Shown here: positions 1 to 20,625 of the stretch, one piece after another
How the letters are laid out: each line of letters starts with the position of its first letter
Position numbering within the stretch: position 1 is the stretch's first letter
NCBI RefSeq assembly: GCF_009914755.1
Contig: NC_060925.1
Origin: the human T2T-CHM13v2.0 reference genome, Homo sapiens
Length of the DNA stretch: 64,000 nucleotides
Direction: 5' to 3' (one strand)
Program-made: the position numbers and the translations under genes
Notes under the pieces: model-generated
The model's database searches: none
The model's input: the letters and a program-made list of their open reading frames with translations, nothing else
Told to the model about the DNA's origin: nothing

Positions 1-39
1 TTTCTTCCTTTCTTTCTTTCTTTTTTTTTTTTTTTTTTT

Positions 40-1290
40 GCTTTTCATTATTTCAATTATGATATACTTAGGTATGGCATTATTTGTATTGAATCTGCTT
101 GATGTTCATGAAACTTGAATCTGTAAATTTGTCTTTTTTTGGGAAAATTTTGGCCGTTATTTCTTGAAATATTTTTTTCCTCATTGTCTCCTTCTGGAAC
201 TCTAAAATATAAATGTTTTAGTATTTTCCCGTAGGTCTTTGAGGCTCTTTTTTTTCTGTTCTTCAAATTGAATAATTTCTTGGTTCTGTCTTTATGTTCA
301 CAGACCTCTTTCTTTCTTCTCTCTCTCTTTTCTTTCTTTCTTTTCTCTTTCTTTCTCTTTCCCTCTCTTTTCTTTTCTTTTCCTTCTTTATTCTACTGTT
401 AAGCCAATCTAGTAATATGAAAAAATAATTTAGATATTGTAGTTTTTAGTTCTAGAATTTACATTTTTGTGTGTGATTTCTTTCCCTACTGAGATTTCCT
501 ATCTTCCTTTATTTTGAGCATATTTTTCTTTCGTTATTTGAACATAGTTACCATAACTGCCTTAAAATCCTTGACTGCAAACTGTAGAATCTGGGTCATC
601 TTAGGGTAGTCTCCTTGATTACTTTTTTTTTTTTTTCTTGAGAATGGGTCAGGTTTTTCCATTTCTTCTTATAGGGAGTAATTTTGGATTATATTCTGGA
701 TATTACAAATGATAAATGATAATTTATATATATAAATTTTGTTATGCCCGTCTTAAAAGCATTGATTTTCTTTTCTAAAGCAGGCAATTGATTAACTTAC
801 CTGAATTCAAGCTGCAAAACTGTCCCCCCATAGTAGGTGGCAGTGTACATTTCAGTTCAGTTCTCTTAGCTGGCCTACTTGGAGCCTGCTCTGTGCATGT
901 GTGTTTCACGGATCAGCGAGAGATTTAGACAGATTTATGCAGATTTTAGGGCTCCCCTGTGCTGGTTCTCTCTCTCTCTCTTTTTAATGGTGTCTTACTT
1001 TATTTTCTTTGCAGTGGTGATGGTTGCTCTAGACTGTTTTTTGGCTTTTAAAGTCAGCAGAACTGTGAATTTTCCATTGGAGTTTTAGCTGCCCTACATG
1101 GTGCAAGGCTAAAAGATAAAACTTGGGGAAACTTGTCCAGTGCAGTTCCTTTCCTCCAAGTGCCAACTCCCCTCCAATATTTGCCTGCTTTTGTCACTCT
1201 CCAGTGCCTTCAGGTGTTTTTGTCTGGAAGTTATAGCTGTTATGATAGGCAGAGTTGATCCTATAGGAGGAACTGCCTGGTCTTACTAGA
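40..1290 (-). mobile_element. Ancient L1M fragment(s) with a CT-rich low-complexity patch
   Basis: T-rich degenerate sequence resembling antisense old L1; subfamily not assignable. Confidence 0.45.
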
Positions 1291-1453
1291 AGACTCAAAC
1301 TTATTTTTTTAAAAACAGAAACCTTTAAATTTTAGAATAGTTTTAGATTTGTAGAAAAATTGCAAAAATAATACAGAGTTCTGAAATTTATTTTAAATGA
1401 AAGTATTTCTAAAATATATTAATGCTTCCTTGACTTTTGAAAATGCTGAGTTT

Positions 1454-1695
1454 GGCCAGGTGTCATGGCTCATGCCTGTAATCCCAGCACTTTGGGAGGC
1501 TGAGGCAGGTGGATCACCAGAGGTCAGGAAACCCTGTCTCTACCAAAAATACAAAAATTAGCTGGGCATGGTGGTAGGGGCCTGCTGAGGCAGGAGAATC
1601 CCTTGAACCCAGGAGGCGGAGGTTGCAGTGAGCAAAGATCATGCCATTGCACTCCAGCCTGGGCGACAAGAGCAAAACTCTGTCTCAAAAAAAAA
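1454..1695 (+). mobile_element. Alu (S-like) with two internal deletions
   Basis: Alu motifs; TSD gaaaatgctg(a/g)gttt at 1439-1453 and 1699-1713. Confidence 0.9.
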
Positions 1696-2037
1696 CCCGA
1701 AAATGCTGGGTTTAACTGCCAATTAATGTCAACATTCTGAATATAAATTCAGTAATGCAACAATGGCCTCGGGAGCCGTTGAGGCATGTAAGACTATTTT
1801 TGTCTTTCTGCTAAATGGCCTCAGCTATTGTGCTTTTCGAACCTAAATCTCCTTTGTGTGTGTGCATGTGTGGATGGGTGCATGCGTGCATGTGTGTGTG
1901 TATTTTGTATTTCTTCCTTTGCCAACTTAGCTCTATTGATGCAGCCCATTTCCGTTAATTTTCTATTGTAATTTGTTGTGGCTCAGTACACCAGATAAAC
2001 TGTTAAAATTTGTTTGAAATAGGAATAAATGGTTTCA

Positions 2038-2413
<376 letters not shown>

Positions 2414-2419
2414 CTAGAT

Positions 2420-2830
2420 GCCTGCTGTCAATACAATTGTCGCTACCTATACATGGCTATTCAGTGTTTGAAATATGTCTAGTTTGAGTTGAGATGTACT
2501 ATAATTATGAAATATACACCAGATTTTAAAGATGTAGTACAAAGAAAAGAATGTAATAACTTTTTATGTTGATCATGTGTTGAATGATGTTAGATATATT
2601 GGGTTAAATAAAAAAATTTAATCACACTTGTTTCTTTTACTTTTAAGAAAATGTGGAATGCTTCACAAATTTGTGCGTCATTCTTGAACAGGGGCCATGC
2701 TAATCTGTTTTGAATTGTCCCAATTTTAGTATTCATGCTGTCAAAGTAAGTACTCTTTTTAAGTCTTCAATATGGCTGCTAGAAAATTTAATATAACATT
2801 TGTGGCCTACATTATATTGGTCGTAGCTCT
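2420..2830 (+). mobile_element. MER33 (hAT-Charlie) split by a U6 retrocopy
   Basis: Matches recalled MER33 consensus on both sides of the U6 copy (gttgagatgtact...ttgggttaaataaa / ggctgctagaaaattt). Confidence 0.7.
2648..2753 (-). pseudogene. U6 snRNA pseudogene (full length, diverged)
   Basis: Reverse complement aligns end to end with U6 (tactaaaattgg...gattagcatggcccctg...gcacaaatttgtgaagcattccacatttt); ACAGAGA box mutated. Confidence 0.92.
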
Positions 2831-2949
2831 GGCAATTTATCTTACTTGATAGTAGTGTCTATGAGTGAGATGGTGGTGGTTCTGTAAGAATCTTGAGATC
2901 AAGCAGGTGAGATTCTAGCATCTCCTTCTTTGCTCTGGTGTAAGAAACT

Positions 2950-3190
2950 ATCATAGTGGTTGGTAGATAGTATGGACCTTGGAGTTTAAACCTCAGTTTT
3001 GACACTCCTCAGTTGTATGACCTATGACAAATTATTGAGCTTCTCTGAACCTCAGTTTCCTCATCTGAAACTCATATGAAACGAGGAAAACAACCCCTAA
3101 TTTCATATGGTTATTGTGAAATACATAAAACTAGTTTTATATAGTGCATGTCAACTGCAAAATACACTACTCAATACATAGTAGCTTTTA
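2950..3190 (+). mobile_element. MIR
   Basis: Core ctctgaacctcagtttcctcatctg. Confidence 0.7.
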
Positions 3191-3918
3191 ACTTGTTTCT
3201 GGACCATTTTGGTAACATTTTGATTTATTGTAGTTGATACTTATAGGGAATATAATCAAGGTAGATCCAGACTAGGAAAAAAGGACTGTAGCTTTCGTCC
3301 TTTTTTTTCTTTCTTTCATTTGTTGTCATTCAGTTTTTTTCCACCACTAAAGAATATGTCTTTGATGAAGAATTTGTAAGAAAAAAGGATGGACCCTCTG
3401 TAAAAAGAAGAGATATTGCCTCCGGACAGTCAATATTTTAAATTATATGATTTATTAGTTATTCTGAAGAGATAATAGACTTGTTCCTCCTTTTAGGCTT
3501 TTGATAAGTAAATGTGAACAAGCAGAACTCGTTTTCATCATGGGTCTATTGTGCCTAGATGGAAAGTCTGGTCATTGTACATCTGACAGTTTGTTTTAAA
3601 AAGTGGTTCTGGCTGAGATATTTCAGATTTGATTTTCCTACAGATTAAAGCCTTTCTTTACATCTTCAGCATATACTTCAAGCAAGTAACAAAAGTACTC
3701 AAAAGAAACTCACGACATTAATTCCATTTGTTATTTCATCTAGTAGTTTTTGAATGACTACTTTGCATTTAGCATTTATTCAAAAGAAGTTCTATTATAT
3801 TTAAGCAGTTTAACATTTTGGCACTGATTAGAGACAGTAATGAGATTATCATGTATAAACATTAAAAAAATAATTTTCTTAAATCTACAAAGAATAGAAA
3901 AGAAAAACATGCTTGTTA

Positions 3919-4320
<402 letters not shown>

Positions 4321-4449
4321 TTATAGCCCTCCATACTTGAGAAGTATTTCCAAGATGTAAATTCCAGGGTTACAGATCTGTGGTATCTCTTAAAGGGATT
4401 TATTTCCCTTTCCATCCTCTAGCAAAGTATAGGCTCACCCTTACTCCCA

Positions 4450-5400
4450 TCTTGAGGTTTCCTTGACCCAGTTGCTCAAAGCAGATAGTAGGAATTACTT
4501 GATTTCTTTCTCCCGCTTTCCACATCCAAACCATCCACGCGTCTTTAGGATTATGCTACCCCAATTCAATTTAATCTACACTTTTCTTTCCATGTCCATT
4601 GCTTTTACCTAATCCAAAGCACATTTCACCACAACTACCACAAGAGGCCACCCAGCTTCAATTCTTCATCATTTGATGCCTCTGATCTGTTTTCCATATG
4701 GCAGAGTGTTATTTATTGTCTTAAATGGAAATCAGATTTTGCCCTTATCTTGCACCCATCAAAACCCTTCAGTGGTATCCTGTTACCCTGTTCTGGCATT
4801 CCTTACCCCCTTTCCCCTCCCACCAGTGGAAGCTCCATGAAGTCAGGAATATGTTCTCTGGCACATACTGTTTTATTGAGCACTTAACCACATGCTGGAC
4901 AATATTTTAAGAGCTTTTCATCTATTAACTCATTTATATTCATGATAACCCTGTGAAGTAGGTATTCTTCCCAACCATTATGTGTACAAAGCAACTAAGG
5001 CCCAGAGAGGTTTAAGTAACTTACCCAATATCACACTCATGCTTAAGTAGAAGAATCAATATCTCAAACCAGGCACTTTGCCTTCAGTCCTTGCTGTTAA
5101 ATGTTGTATTAAATGCTTTTTTTCGACATAGTAGGTACTTGGTAAACATTTGTTAAGTTAATGAATAAATTGTTCCCTCTTTGCATAAAATTCAAACACT
5201 TAATTTGGTCTAGAAAATCTTTCACGATCTGGCCCCTGCCAACACCACTTTCTCATGTACTCATGGCAATCTTGTCACACTGGCTCTTTGCATGGCTGTT
5301 TCCTTCTCATTCTTTATGTCTAAGAGGTCTTCCATGGTCATCTCATCTAAAGTAGGTGCTTCTTGTCCTCTCTCTGAGTACTTTGTTTTACTTTAGGCAA
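4450..5400. mobile_element. L2 and MIR fragments
   Basis: L2-like 3' end (gtaggtacttggtaaacatttgttaagttaatgaat) and antisense MIR core (ctaaggcccagagaggtttaagtaactt). Confidence 0.5.
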
Positions 5401-5578
5401 ATCATGATTAATTGTTAAATACATGGTATAGGCTTGCTATTCCCTGGGAATTTGTAAGAGATGCAGAATCTTGGTTGTCACCCCAGATTTACTGAATCGG
5501 AATCTGTATTTTTACAAGATCGTCTAATAAGTTGTGATGACATCAGAGTTTGAGAAGCTGGGATAGAAACTGAAAGGA

Positions 5579-6214
<636 letters not shown>

Positions 6215-6442
6215 AAGGTAACTGAATTCTTATAGTGAGACTTGAGCTTGACCTGAAGCACGGGTGTGGCAGTGATCATTTCAGGGAGGTTAATGTGATT
6301 GTAGTCACATAAGGGTCCAGATTTATGTGGCCTTATTGTACAGGATGAACGGGAGTGGGGGTGGAGCAGTGCTGTGGGTCCTCAAGGACATCAGTGGGGA
6401 AGTCATTCTAGGAAAAGAAGATGGAGAACTTTGTGAGACCTA

Positions 6443-6739
<297 letters not shown>

Positions 6740-7476
6740 TTAAAGACTATTGTACGCTTTATGGTTTTTATTTTTAATGAAACTATTATGTTAGGTAATT
6801 GATCATAATTTGGTCATTTACTGAAAGAAACAGCAACAGATAACCTTTGAAAACTACTGGAAGGTGAATCATCTCTCCCATTCAACATTTGAATGACTTC
6901 AATTCACAGTGACTTAGACTAAAGCAAGAGAACATCAAATGTACTGTTATAAGCTGAACTACTAACTCAGAGGAGGAACCACTGGCAAGCCCATAAAACT
7001 GAAACTCACAAAACCATGATTTATTGGGAGATGTTTATGTCACTTTTGAGAAAATATTAAACAGGTGCTTTTTTATTTGTAGTAAGGTCATGGAGTATAT
7101 TTTGAGTTTCATTGTATTCTAAATTGAAATTTTGTACTTTTAGGGTATTCTGAAATTCTTAAGTGATTCAGATTAGACTTTGGATGCTATAGGTAATGCA
7201 AAGGCAGAAACCATTTCTTCTCTTATTCATCACCAGATCTCTGGTGTTTCGTATAGGTCCTCACATGGCTGGTGAATGAATAAAAAAAAAAAAGTTTTAA
7301 TTTTAAAAGATTGATATCTATCTGCTCTTGAAGATAATATATAAATGATGGACAATAAAAGTGAGCTGTAATGTATTTAGAAACTATTAGGACTGAAGTG
7401 GAAACTAGATTAATAATTTAAAAAACACTTTATTTGGAAATAATTTCATACTTACAGACAAGTTACAAGCATAAGA

Positions 7477-7785
7477 GGTAGGACACAGTGGCTCTGTAAT
7501 CCCACCGCTTTCGGAGGCTGAGGCAGGAGGATTGCTTGAGGCCAGGAGTTCAAGACTAACCTGGACAACAGAGCAAAACTGTCTCTACAAAAAAGTAAAA
7601 AAATTAGCCAGGCATAGTGATGTTTGCCTGTATTCCTAGCTACTGCAGAGGCTGTGGTGGGAGGATCACTACAGCCTGGAGAGTTCAAGGCTGCAGTGAG
7701 CTATGATGGCACCACTACATTCCAGCCTGGGCAGCAGAGCAAGACCCTGTCTCAAAAAAAACCCAACAAAACAAAAACAAAAAAA
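7477..7785 (+). mobile_element. Alu (J-like)
   Basis: Diverged dimeric Alu. Confidence 0.9.
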
Positions 7786-8193
7786 CAGTTCAAAGAATAC
7801 TGTTTACCTAGGTTTACCTATTGTTAACATTTTACTCTATTTGCTTTATTATTTGCTCTTTCTCTCATAAGTTGCATACATTGTGGCATTTTATCCCCAA
7901 ATACTTCAGTGTGGATTCCCTAAGAGTAGGGATATATCTTGTGTATGTAATGTTGTTACGTTACAGTTATAATTTCAATAAATTAATCTCTCTCCCCACC
8001 TGCCTTTTCCAGAAAACTAAGACCCAGAGAGGTTAAGTGACTTGCCCTGTGGTTAGATAGGTTCCAAATGGAAAATCCAGCCTACTCTGCTAGTCAGGTA
8101 TTAGCCCTGGTCCCTAACATCACAACAGAATCTTTTTTTTTTCCCCTGACACGCCAAATTATTTAGTAGTATAATACAGTAATAAAAATTTGT

Positions 8194-8529
<336 letters not shown>

Positions 8530-8777
8530 CTAATAGCACTTGATCTGTAAAGGACTTTGGATCACCAAAATTGTCCTTGACATTCTATTTGGCTTAGTTT
8601 AAGTATGAGTTTGTCCAAATTTAAGACATGATAGCGTGAAGGGAATAGACTGTTATTTACCAAATTTGACCCTAACAAACAGTGACCAGTTACTGGCCTA
8701 CAGATAGCTGAGTCCAAAAGGCATCATGAGGAATTCAAAGTTTAACCATGGGGCAAACTTCTTCATTCCAGTTTTGA

Positions 8778-8822
8778 TTTTTTTTTTTTTTTTTTGAGAT
8801 GGAGTCTTGCTCTGTCACCCAG
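8778..8822 (-). mobile_element. Very short 5'-truncated Alu end
   Basis: polyT + gagatggagtcttgctctgtcacccag. Confidence 0.75.
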
Positions 8823-9519
8823 ATTTTGTTTATCTTCAGAGTTTTTCCACATTCATTCTTTAACTTGTGTTTCACTCTATTTTCATATGTTTTTGATGGG
8901 AGGGTTTTTGTTTGCTTGGTTTTTTAAAATGAAAGATTCATGTCCATATTACAAATATCAAAAAGTGTGAAAGGTACACAACAAACAACTCCCCTAACCC
9001 CGTCCCTTGAGTGTTGTGCTGTTCTAAGTCCTTTATATGTATGAACTCATTCAGTTCTCCCAACTATCCAATGAGGTTATTATTCCCATTTTATAGAAAA
9101 GGAAAACAGGCCCAGTTTTTCAGTCACTTAGGTAGGAAGTAGTGGAGTTGTCTGAGAGTCTGGCTCTAAATTAGTGGTCTTAACCACCATTCTCTGCTGA
9201 GCAAGAGGATATCAGGATTAACTAGATTAATACATGTGAAGAGCTTGTTTTGGACGAGCAGAGAGATTTGTCTTCAATAAGGTAAATGTGAGTGAAGTCT
9301 TAATAGTCTGTCCTGGAGTTTCTTCTAGCCCTGGTAATTGGGCATCCTGATGTAATTTCAAGCTAATCATTTCCTCTCTAAATGGCAAAAGCTTTTATCT
9401 GAAGAGCAGATTTCATGAATTGGTGATGCTGAGTAAGGAAATGGTAGCAACCGAAGTCTTTGCAGTATCCTCTGCTTAGCTGTTTTATTTATACAGACAG
9501 AGCTGGACACATAGTAATT

Positions 9520-9828
<309 letters not shown>

Positions 9829-10346
9829 TTAGTGAACATTTAAACTTTATGTAGACCTTTTTTTTTTTTTTTTAAAGCATCGGGTCGTAATCTATGTCAG
9901 TTGGAATAATTTAATGTGGAAGATATTTAGATTTTTTTCCCTTCTCTCCTTGTTTTCCAAAAGAATAAAGCAATCTAGGGATTCTAACCACTAAGTGCTG
10001 GAACTGAAGAATCTGTTGTTAGGCCTTGAGTTCTTTGCATGGAACGTCTTTAAGTCAAGTAACATTTTAAAAACTCTTACCATGTGCCAGGAACTGTGTG
10101 TATCCTAACTTATTTGATCCCCACAATAACATGGTACATAGTAAGTCAAGTTTCACAGATGTTAAGTAACTTACTGAAGATTACACAGCTAATGAACTAG
10201 GGAAGTCAGGATTCAAACCTAGGTATGTGTGATTCTAAACTGTGGTTTCTCACATGCTCTGCAGACCCTGTAGAAGAACAGCTTATAAAACAGCTAGACT
10301 CCAAACTTGGTTCCAGCATGTGTTTAGCAAAAATTCTGAAGAAATA

Positions 10347-10668
<322 letters not shown>

Positions 10669-11380
10669 ACTGAAGAAATAGGTAATAGAAGCCAGATGAC
10701 TTTGCCCATTTGTCACATTGTTTTTGGACTTTTAAGTTAGTCTAAATCAAAGCAACCATTTTGTGTATTTTGACAGCTAATTTAGATGAATTCATACTAA
10801 AGGTAAATGAGGTATTAAAGTTTTAAAGTTCATTCTTTAACAACACATTACTCTATACGCTCCCCAGAAAATATGTCGAGGAAAATAATTTAATGGTCAG
10901 GAGCCTGTCCTTACTTTCAGATCCTAACTTCTCTCTTCCCCTAGTCATCACCACCCCTTACCCTCAGTTCCATAAACATAAATAAAGAGAAGAATGAAGT
11001 TAAAGCTTTTCTTCTTAGGTGTTTAAAAATCTGACTATTCTAAAGACTGATTAAACTAGGTTTTCTAAGTGAGCAGTTCCTTAATCTTGACTTAGTAAAA
11101 CATTAAAATATTTGGCATCTGCCATTGACCCCTATTCTGCAATATTGGAGTTAATCCAGCAGTTTCTGATTAAATACCAGTATTATGCAATTCAAGAATT
11201 ACCACAGGGGTGTGAAGGGAAGAGGGTGAGGCTAGTGAGGAACACCCAGACAGCAAAGTAAAGAAAATACTCCTTTTATAAGAATAAAACCCAAATGAAT
11301 GCTAAGACTCTATCTAGAGATTCATTGTTATTTCTGTCAGTGGGATTATTTAAGTTTTCTCTTTAATCATTCGAGTTTAA

Positions 11381-11918
<538 letters not shown>

Positions 11919-11986
11919 TCTAATTTTTAAGAAAACAGTAGACATGTATGTTTTTGTAACATGAAATCATAACTTTATGTAATCCA

Positions 11987-12125
11987 GGCCGGGTATAGTG
12001 GCTCACACCTGTAATCCCAGCACTTTGGGAGGCTGAGGCGGGTGGATCACAAGGTCAGGAGTTTGAGACCAACCTGGCCAACATGGTGAAACCCTGTCTC
12101 TACTAAAGATACCAAAACAAAACAA
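11987..12125 (+). mobile_element. Alu left arm only
   Basis: Left monomer flanked by TSD tatgtaatcca. Confidence 0.85.
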
Positions 12126-12204
12126 ACCTATGTAATCCAAATTAAAATCTTCTTCAGCATGTATATATTTATATTTATAATCTATATGTATATATTTAAA
12201 AAAC

Positions 12205-13435
<1,231 letters not shown>

Positions 13436-13982
13436 TATGCATTTTTAATTTTGCTTTTAAATCTAATACTTCTGAGAGACTTCTCCTTCTGGGAATATAG
13501 AATTTCCTGCTTTTTTGCCTCCTATATTCCTGACTTGGAGCTAAAGAAGCCAGCAACCTGGACACACTAGCAGGCACTGAGAAGAAAAACTCCAACCAAA
13601 TCCTGCTGCCTCTTGCCTGAGAACCAGGGAAGGGGCAGCCTAAACAAGACCACAAACTTTTAGATAATTACTGCTCTACTATAAACACCACAGAAAAAGC
13701 TGTGGCTCCATCCTCACCATGCCAGCAAAGGCTGAATTGGGTGGCCTAGACTTCCATCCTCTGTTGGTGGTCTATAAATTTAACCAATCTTTTACTGATG
13801 GGCTTCGGTGGTCTCTAGTGTTTTGCTGTTACAAACAATAAGGCCTCAGTATTCCTCTCTCTTGTATCTTTGGACATCTGTATGACTGTTTCTATAGAAT
13901 AAATTTCTAGATATAAAATTATTGGGACAATAGATGGCATCCAGTGAAGCCTTCAGGAATGGCAGTTAGATGGATGATCTCA

Positions 13983-14330
<348 letters not shown>

Positions 14331-14775
14331 TCAGTGTAGTTTTTCTCTGTTGTTTAGACTAGGTAATTTTTATGCCTTCATTTTACTGATTCTTCTGTCC
14401 CCTTCGTTTGGCTTTTGAACCCATCTACTGAGTTTTTAAATTTCAGTTACTGTATTTTTCAGTTCTAAAATTTCCATCTGGGACTTCTTTATATCTTTTT
14501 TTTTTAACTTTAATTATCGTGTTTATCTTCTGACATACATCTTCTATTTTTTTTGCTGAGGCTTTCTGTTTTTTCATTTGCTTCAAGCAGATCATTCCAT
14601 TTGATATGATTCTTGGTATGACACGTTCAGTTGAAACATGGACATTTTCATACTATGTTAAGAGACTCTGGATCTTGTTTAATCCTTCTCTTTAAACTTC
14701 TGACACTCAAGTAAGACTCCTTTGACATTTCTGTGGAGGGAAAAGGAGAAGGGAGATGGCACTGCTTTGTTATAA

Positions 14776-15131
<356 letters not shown>

Positions 15132-15606
15132 CCACTTTTTAGATTTAATACTTCTTGCTTCCAGAATGTGATTTTAAGGAAAAGAAAAATAAATAAATAA
15201 ATTTAATACTTCTGAGAGACTTCTGCTTCTGGAAAAACCGAATTAGATGGTAGTGAGTTTCTTAGTTTTTTGCCTTATACATCTCAGACTTGGAACTAAA
15301 CAAGCCAGCAACCATGGTGAAGAGGCTCCTTATTACTGCTGGGGTGGGGGAATGGGAGTTGCAGCTCCCTGTGTGACCTCCCTGGTACACTAGTGGAGGT
15401 GGCCTCATTACCACTGGTTAATGTTCAAAGTCCTGACTCTGTTAGGCCTCCTCTGACCCCATCCCAGGGGCAGGGGCTTGGCAGGGTTTGGAGGCCCTGG
15501 TTTCCTCCCTGGCCATCTCTGACAGTATTCTGGCAGAGACATTACAGCCTCCAGAGGATTGGTTACATTAAGTTGGAAATAAAATATATAAACTAAAAAA
15601 AAGTTA

Positions 15607-15777
<171 letters not shown>

Positions 15778-16218
15778 TAGTAGTATGTAGATAGAAAATA
15801 AAAATGTAGAAGAATAAGTAGCAAATTAATGGTTCAAGGGTAAGGGAACGCTGACTTTCTCTAGTGTTTCAGTTTTTATTTATTTTAAAAATAATGAATA
15901 TAACTGTTAGAAGCAGTGAAGAGTATTTTTTAAAGGCATACTTTTCTCAGATGCTATTGTTAGATAACTATATGTTAATTTTTATGGTTACTAATACAAA
16001 ACTGGGTATAGAATAAACGTATCCTGGCTCCCAGTGTAGGATGCTTTCCATTGTATCACAATGCCCTCAGTCAGCTGTAGCAATAGACTGTATTCAGTGT
16101 AGTTCATACTAAACAGGGTAATTTTGATTCTATAATTTTGTTGAAATTGAATTTTATATTTAACTTGGATTAAAGGAGAAGGTTTTTGACTTGTGAATTC
16201 TAGAAATTTGAATTTTTT

Positions 16219-17249
<1,031 letters not shown>

Positions 17250-18152
17250 TTTTCTATACTTTAAAAATTTTCAAAAATAAAAATAAATATTTCATCTGAC
17301 TAGTAGCTCCCAATTTTCTGATGCTATTAAGACTTTGGAAAAAGTTGTTCATGGTGACGATGACTTTTCTTATTTGACTTGTCATTAGTGGTTAGTAAAA
17401 AAGGGACTTTTTTCAGGTCCGTCTTGAAGAATATGCATCCTTTTATTTATGTGTGCATGAAGGAAAGTGCTTATTAGGCGTATGAGATGTGTAACGAGCT
17501 TCTGATATACCTGAAACAAAAGTAAATTGAGAAAATTTGCTAGAAAATTTTAGAGAAAGGAGGCAGTCACCTGTGAAAGGAAAGAGGCATTTCTGTCCTG
17601 ACCAGGTCTTCATGAACTGTTCCGTATTCTGAGATTCTTTTGCCCATGCTCAAGGACTGGCTCTGCAGACCACTGTAGGAGATTATGTATGGTGACTGAT
17701 CTGTAGCCAGTCCCCATTCATCTTTAGCCTGCTTTTAGTTTAACGTGTTTCTAAGTTCCTACATGTAATATCTTTATTATGTCTCGTTTACCAACTTAAT
17801 GATTTTAACACTGCTTTGACAGGCAGCTTGGGAAATTTTAGTTAATTTTATAGATTAAGTGGAGGAGGATAAAGGCCTTGAGTCAGACTAGTTCTTTGTG
17901 TACCAAATTACTGTTTTTTTTTTTTTTTTCAGTAAATCTCAAATTTGGATTATCAGGCTAATTGGAAAGGTAGTGTATTAACATTTTCTTGTCTGTAGTA
18001 AATCCACTTGTGTGTTATCAGTGTTCCATGCTATTAATGGTCAGTATCTTCAAAAAGGCAACTTTGGGCACCAGTTTGTTATATAGTAGGATGAGTTAGT
18101 GCTGTAAATTGACTTGGGTTCTGAGAATCAAATATCATCCTAACCTTCCCAC

Positions 18153-18348
18153 ACCAGTGTTTCTTAATGTATCCAGCAGGCAGGTGCCTTACTTCAGAAT
18201 CTCCTTGAGTGCCTATAACAAAATAAGGATTCCTGGGCCCCAACCCGGGAGTTCTGCTGAATCAGAATCTCTAGATATGAGGCCCTGGGGTCTTCATTTT
18301 AAATGTTTTCCTTAGGTTATTTGTAATCACAGTAAAATTTAAGAACTA
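18153..18348. mobile_element. MER5A-like hAT MITE
   Basis: cagtgtttct...gattcctgggccccaaccc...ctgaatcagaatctct...aatttaagaacta. Confidence 0.7.
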
Positions 18349-18862
18349 GGCCTTTTTTAGGAAGTACATTTTTGTACAAGTTATATGTAGTATTAGGAAT
18401 TAATATGATTCATTCTGCCCTCAAATTCTGTGTATATTTTGTTACTGATAAAGAATGATCGGATTTTTTTTTTTTCTTAAACCAAGCTCTGTTGTAACTG
18501 TTCCATGCTGTCTGATTAGGGTTCTAGAATCTTCACTATAAGCCCACTTTTTTTGTTTTTGTTTTTTAAACTCCCTTTACCTCTCCATTAGTTTAGGAAT
18601 TAATGACTTTTTACTGATGTGGCATTTTACTGAAATGCTTCTGAATTTTTTGAGAGTTACTTTAGGATAATGAACAGTACTTTTACCAGCATCTTTGAAT
18701 GACTTATTGGAGAGTTATTTCTGGCACTTTCCATGGACGTCATAGTCAACAGGCTGTGTTGATCTCTAGCAATGTCAGAACGTTCTCTTCCAGCATTCCA
18801 GCTCTCTTTCCTTCCCATCTCTCCTTTTCCTTCAGTCCATCTTTCCTTTTTAAACTTGGGGC

Positions 18863-19968
18863 TGATTCCATGTCTTTGCTATCATGAATAGTGCTGCAGT
18901 GAACATACATATGCATGTGTCTTTATGGTAGAATGATTTATATTCCTTTGGGTATATACCCAGTAATGGGATTGCTGAGTCGAATGGTAGTTCTGTTTTT
19001 AGCTCTTTGAGGAATTGCCACACTGCTTTCCACAATAGTTTAACTAATTTACACTCCCACCAGCAGCGTATAGTGTTCCCTTTTCTCTACAACTTTGCCA
19101 GCATCTGTTTTTTTTTTTTTTTTTACTTTTTGAAAATAGCCATTCTGGTGTGAAATGGTATCTCACTGTGCTTTTGATTTGTTTTTCTCTAATGATCAGT
19201 GATATTGAACTTTTTTTCATATGCTTGTTGGGCCACATGTATGTCTTCTTTTGAAAAGTGTCTTCATGTCGGTTGCCCACATTTTAATGGGGTTGTTTTA
19301 TATTTGTAATTTTGTTTAAGTTCCTTATGGATGCTGGATATTAGACCTTTGTCAGATGCATATTTTGCAAATATTTTCTCCCATTCAACCTGCATTCTGT
19401 AGGTTGTCTGTTTACTCTGTTGATAGTTTCTTCTGCTGTGCGGAAACTCTTAAGTTTAATTAGATCCTGTTTGTCAACTTTCGTTGCAATTGTTTTTGGC
19501 ATCTTCGTCATGAAATCTTTGCCAGTTCCTATGTCCAGAATGGCACTGACTAGGTTGTCTTCCAGGGTTTTTATAGTTTTGGGTTTTACATTTAAGTCTT
19601 TAATCCATCTTGAGTTGATTTTTGTGTATGGTATAAGGAAGGAATCCAATTTTAATCTTCTGCATATGGTTAGCCAGTTATCCCAGCACCATTGATTGAA
19701 TATGGAGTCTTTGACGTTGCTTGTTTTTGTCAGCTTTGTCGAAAATCAGATGGTTATAGGTGTGTGGCCTTATTTCTGGGCTGTACTTGAGGGTGGAGGA
19801 TGGAAGGAGGGAGAGGATCAGAAATAACTATTGGGCTCTAGGCTTTGTACCTGGGTGATGAAATAATCTGTACAACAAACTCCTGTGACATGAGTTTACC
19901 TGTATAACAAACCTGCACATAATACCCCTGAACCTAAAATAAAAGTTAAAAACAATAGCAACAACCAC
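18863..19968. mobile_element. 5'-inverted (twin-primed) old L1PA/L1PB: antisense ORF2 3' part 18863-19782, sense 3' UTR and tail 19783-19968
   Basis: Minus-strand ORFs give L1 ORF2 peptides ([33 protein letters not shown]); sense 3' end aacaaacctgcacat...aataaaagtt; residual TSD cttggggc. Confidence 0.88.
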
Positions 19969-20130
19969 CTTGGGGCATACATGATGGGACTATAAAAGAT
20001 TTGTACCACTCTGATTTTAGGAAAATCTACCTCATCATTGCCATTCATTAAGTAGGATTAGAAATAGGTTATTATAAATATATCTTTTGCTATTTTCTTG
20101 CTCTCTGAAGGAATGTGTACAACAGGATAT

Positions 20131-20625
<495 letters not shown>

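Noticed and set aside
2648-2753. Functional U6 gene
   Set aside because: Many substitutions including the ACAGAGA box; embedded in a transposon with no evident PSE/TATA promoter
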